Sequence record: MN871447.1
Length of the DNA stretch: 64,000 bases
Reading direction: 5' to 3' (one strand)
This document shows positions 63,593 through 64,000 of this stretch, piece after piece. A program made the translations under genes and the position numbers. How positions within the stretch are numbered: position 1 is the stretch's first letter; every line of letters begins with the position of its first letter. The notes under the pieces are model-generated. The model searched no databases. It was not told the DNA's origin and saw only the letters and a program-made list of their open reading frames with translations.

Positions 63593-63705
63593 TTATTTTA
63601 TCCTTTATAGCGTAGGTCCTGGGAGAGACTATCTCCCAGGACGATGAGGTCATTAAACGTTTTTATTTTTCTCTTGGGTTGTTATTGCTTCCTGTCCAAG
63701 AGAAA

Positions 63706-64000
63706 TTAAATTCTCTCTACCACGGCTTTTAACCAGGCTTTAACGATGTCCTGATTCAGCAAAGAAAGTTCATTGCTACCAAACCCCGGTTCAACGATGT
63801 GTAACCGATAATTCTGATCGAGGTTATCCAGCCCTACGGCAGGGGAAATCGTATAAACTCGGTTTGAATTAAAACCAAATGAAGGACCGTTTTCTGAGTT
63901 AAAACTAACACCCGCCTTTAACATTACCCTCGTTTTAATTCCGGCAAAAAGCGCGTAGAAGACGACAGAGATTTTTGGTTTCAGGACGACCCCACCTTCG
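63706..64000 (-). CDS. Hypothetical protein, possibly truncated by the window edge
   Basis: Frame stays open upstream of the track ATG at 63924 to the window end. Confidence 0.55.
   Translation of the reverse strand, partial: EGGVVLKPKISVVFYALFAGIKTRVMLKAGVSFNSENGPSFGFNSNRVYTISPAVGLDNLDQNYRLHIVEPGFGSNELSLLNQDIVKAWLKAVVERI

Noticed and set aside
3661-63642. Many GC-rich inverted repeats rich in GAGAG/CTCTC
   Set aside because: All sit at gene ends with A/T tracts, so they are ordinary intrinsic terminators rather than REP- or MITE-like elements.
1-64000. tRNA, rRNA, CRISPR array, IS/transposase, intron or intein
   Set aside because: No cloverleaf or T-loop/CCA pattern, no regularly spaced direct repeats and no transposase or homing-endonuclease motifs seen by eye; terL, sheath and tube are uninterrupted. 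tRNAscan-SE and Infernal would be decisive.

Overview
64-kb segment of a lytic phiKZ-related jumbo myophage (Chimalliviridae-like), probably infecting an enterobacterium (host-like phoH, ygiB, tdk). The left part is the conserved morphogenesis block: terminase large subunit, three baseplate/virion genes, tail sheath and tail tube, then a modular endolysin. The rest is mostly a minus-strand array of small early/middle accessory genes: nucleotide and NAD enzymes, DHFR, a Prs-like plus Nampt-like pair matching NARP1, an HD alarmone-hydrolase-like protein, a SLOG protein, an orphan HigA, and many exported or membrane proteins. Plus-strand late genes are inserted among them: a head protein with protease-cleavage motifs, two beta-helix tailspikes and two glycosyltransferases. 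I found no tRNA, rRNA, CRISPR array or transposase by eye. The most unusual items are missed by the ORF track: a stand-alone 55-aa acidic peptide ending in DDCEGGACKI (the redox tail of ribonucleotide reductase NrdA), a ~200-330 nt multi-stem RNA candidate, a repeated early leader (promoter, covarying hairpin, AACTAAAC box), several micro-ORFs, and a three-gene exported pilin-like module. Family assignments come from motif recognition, not database searches.
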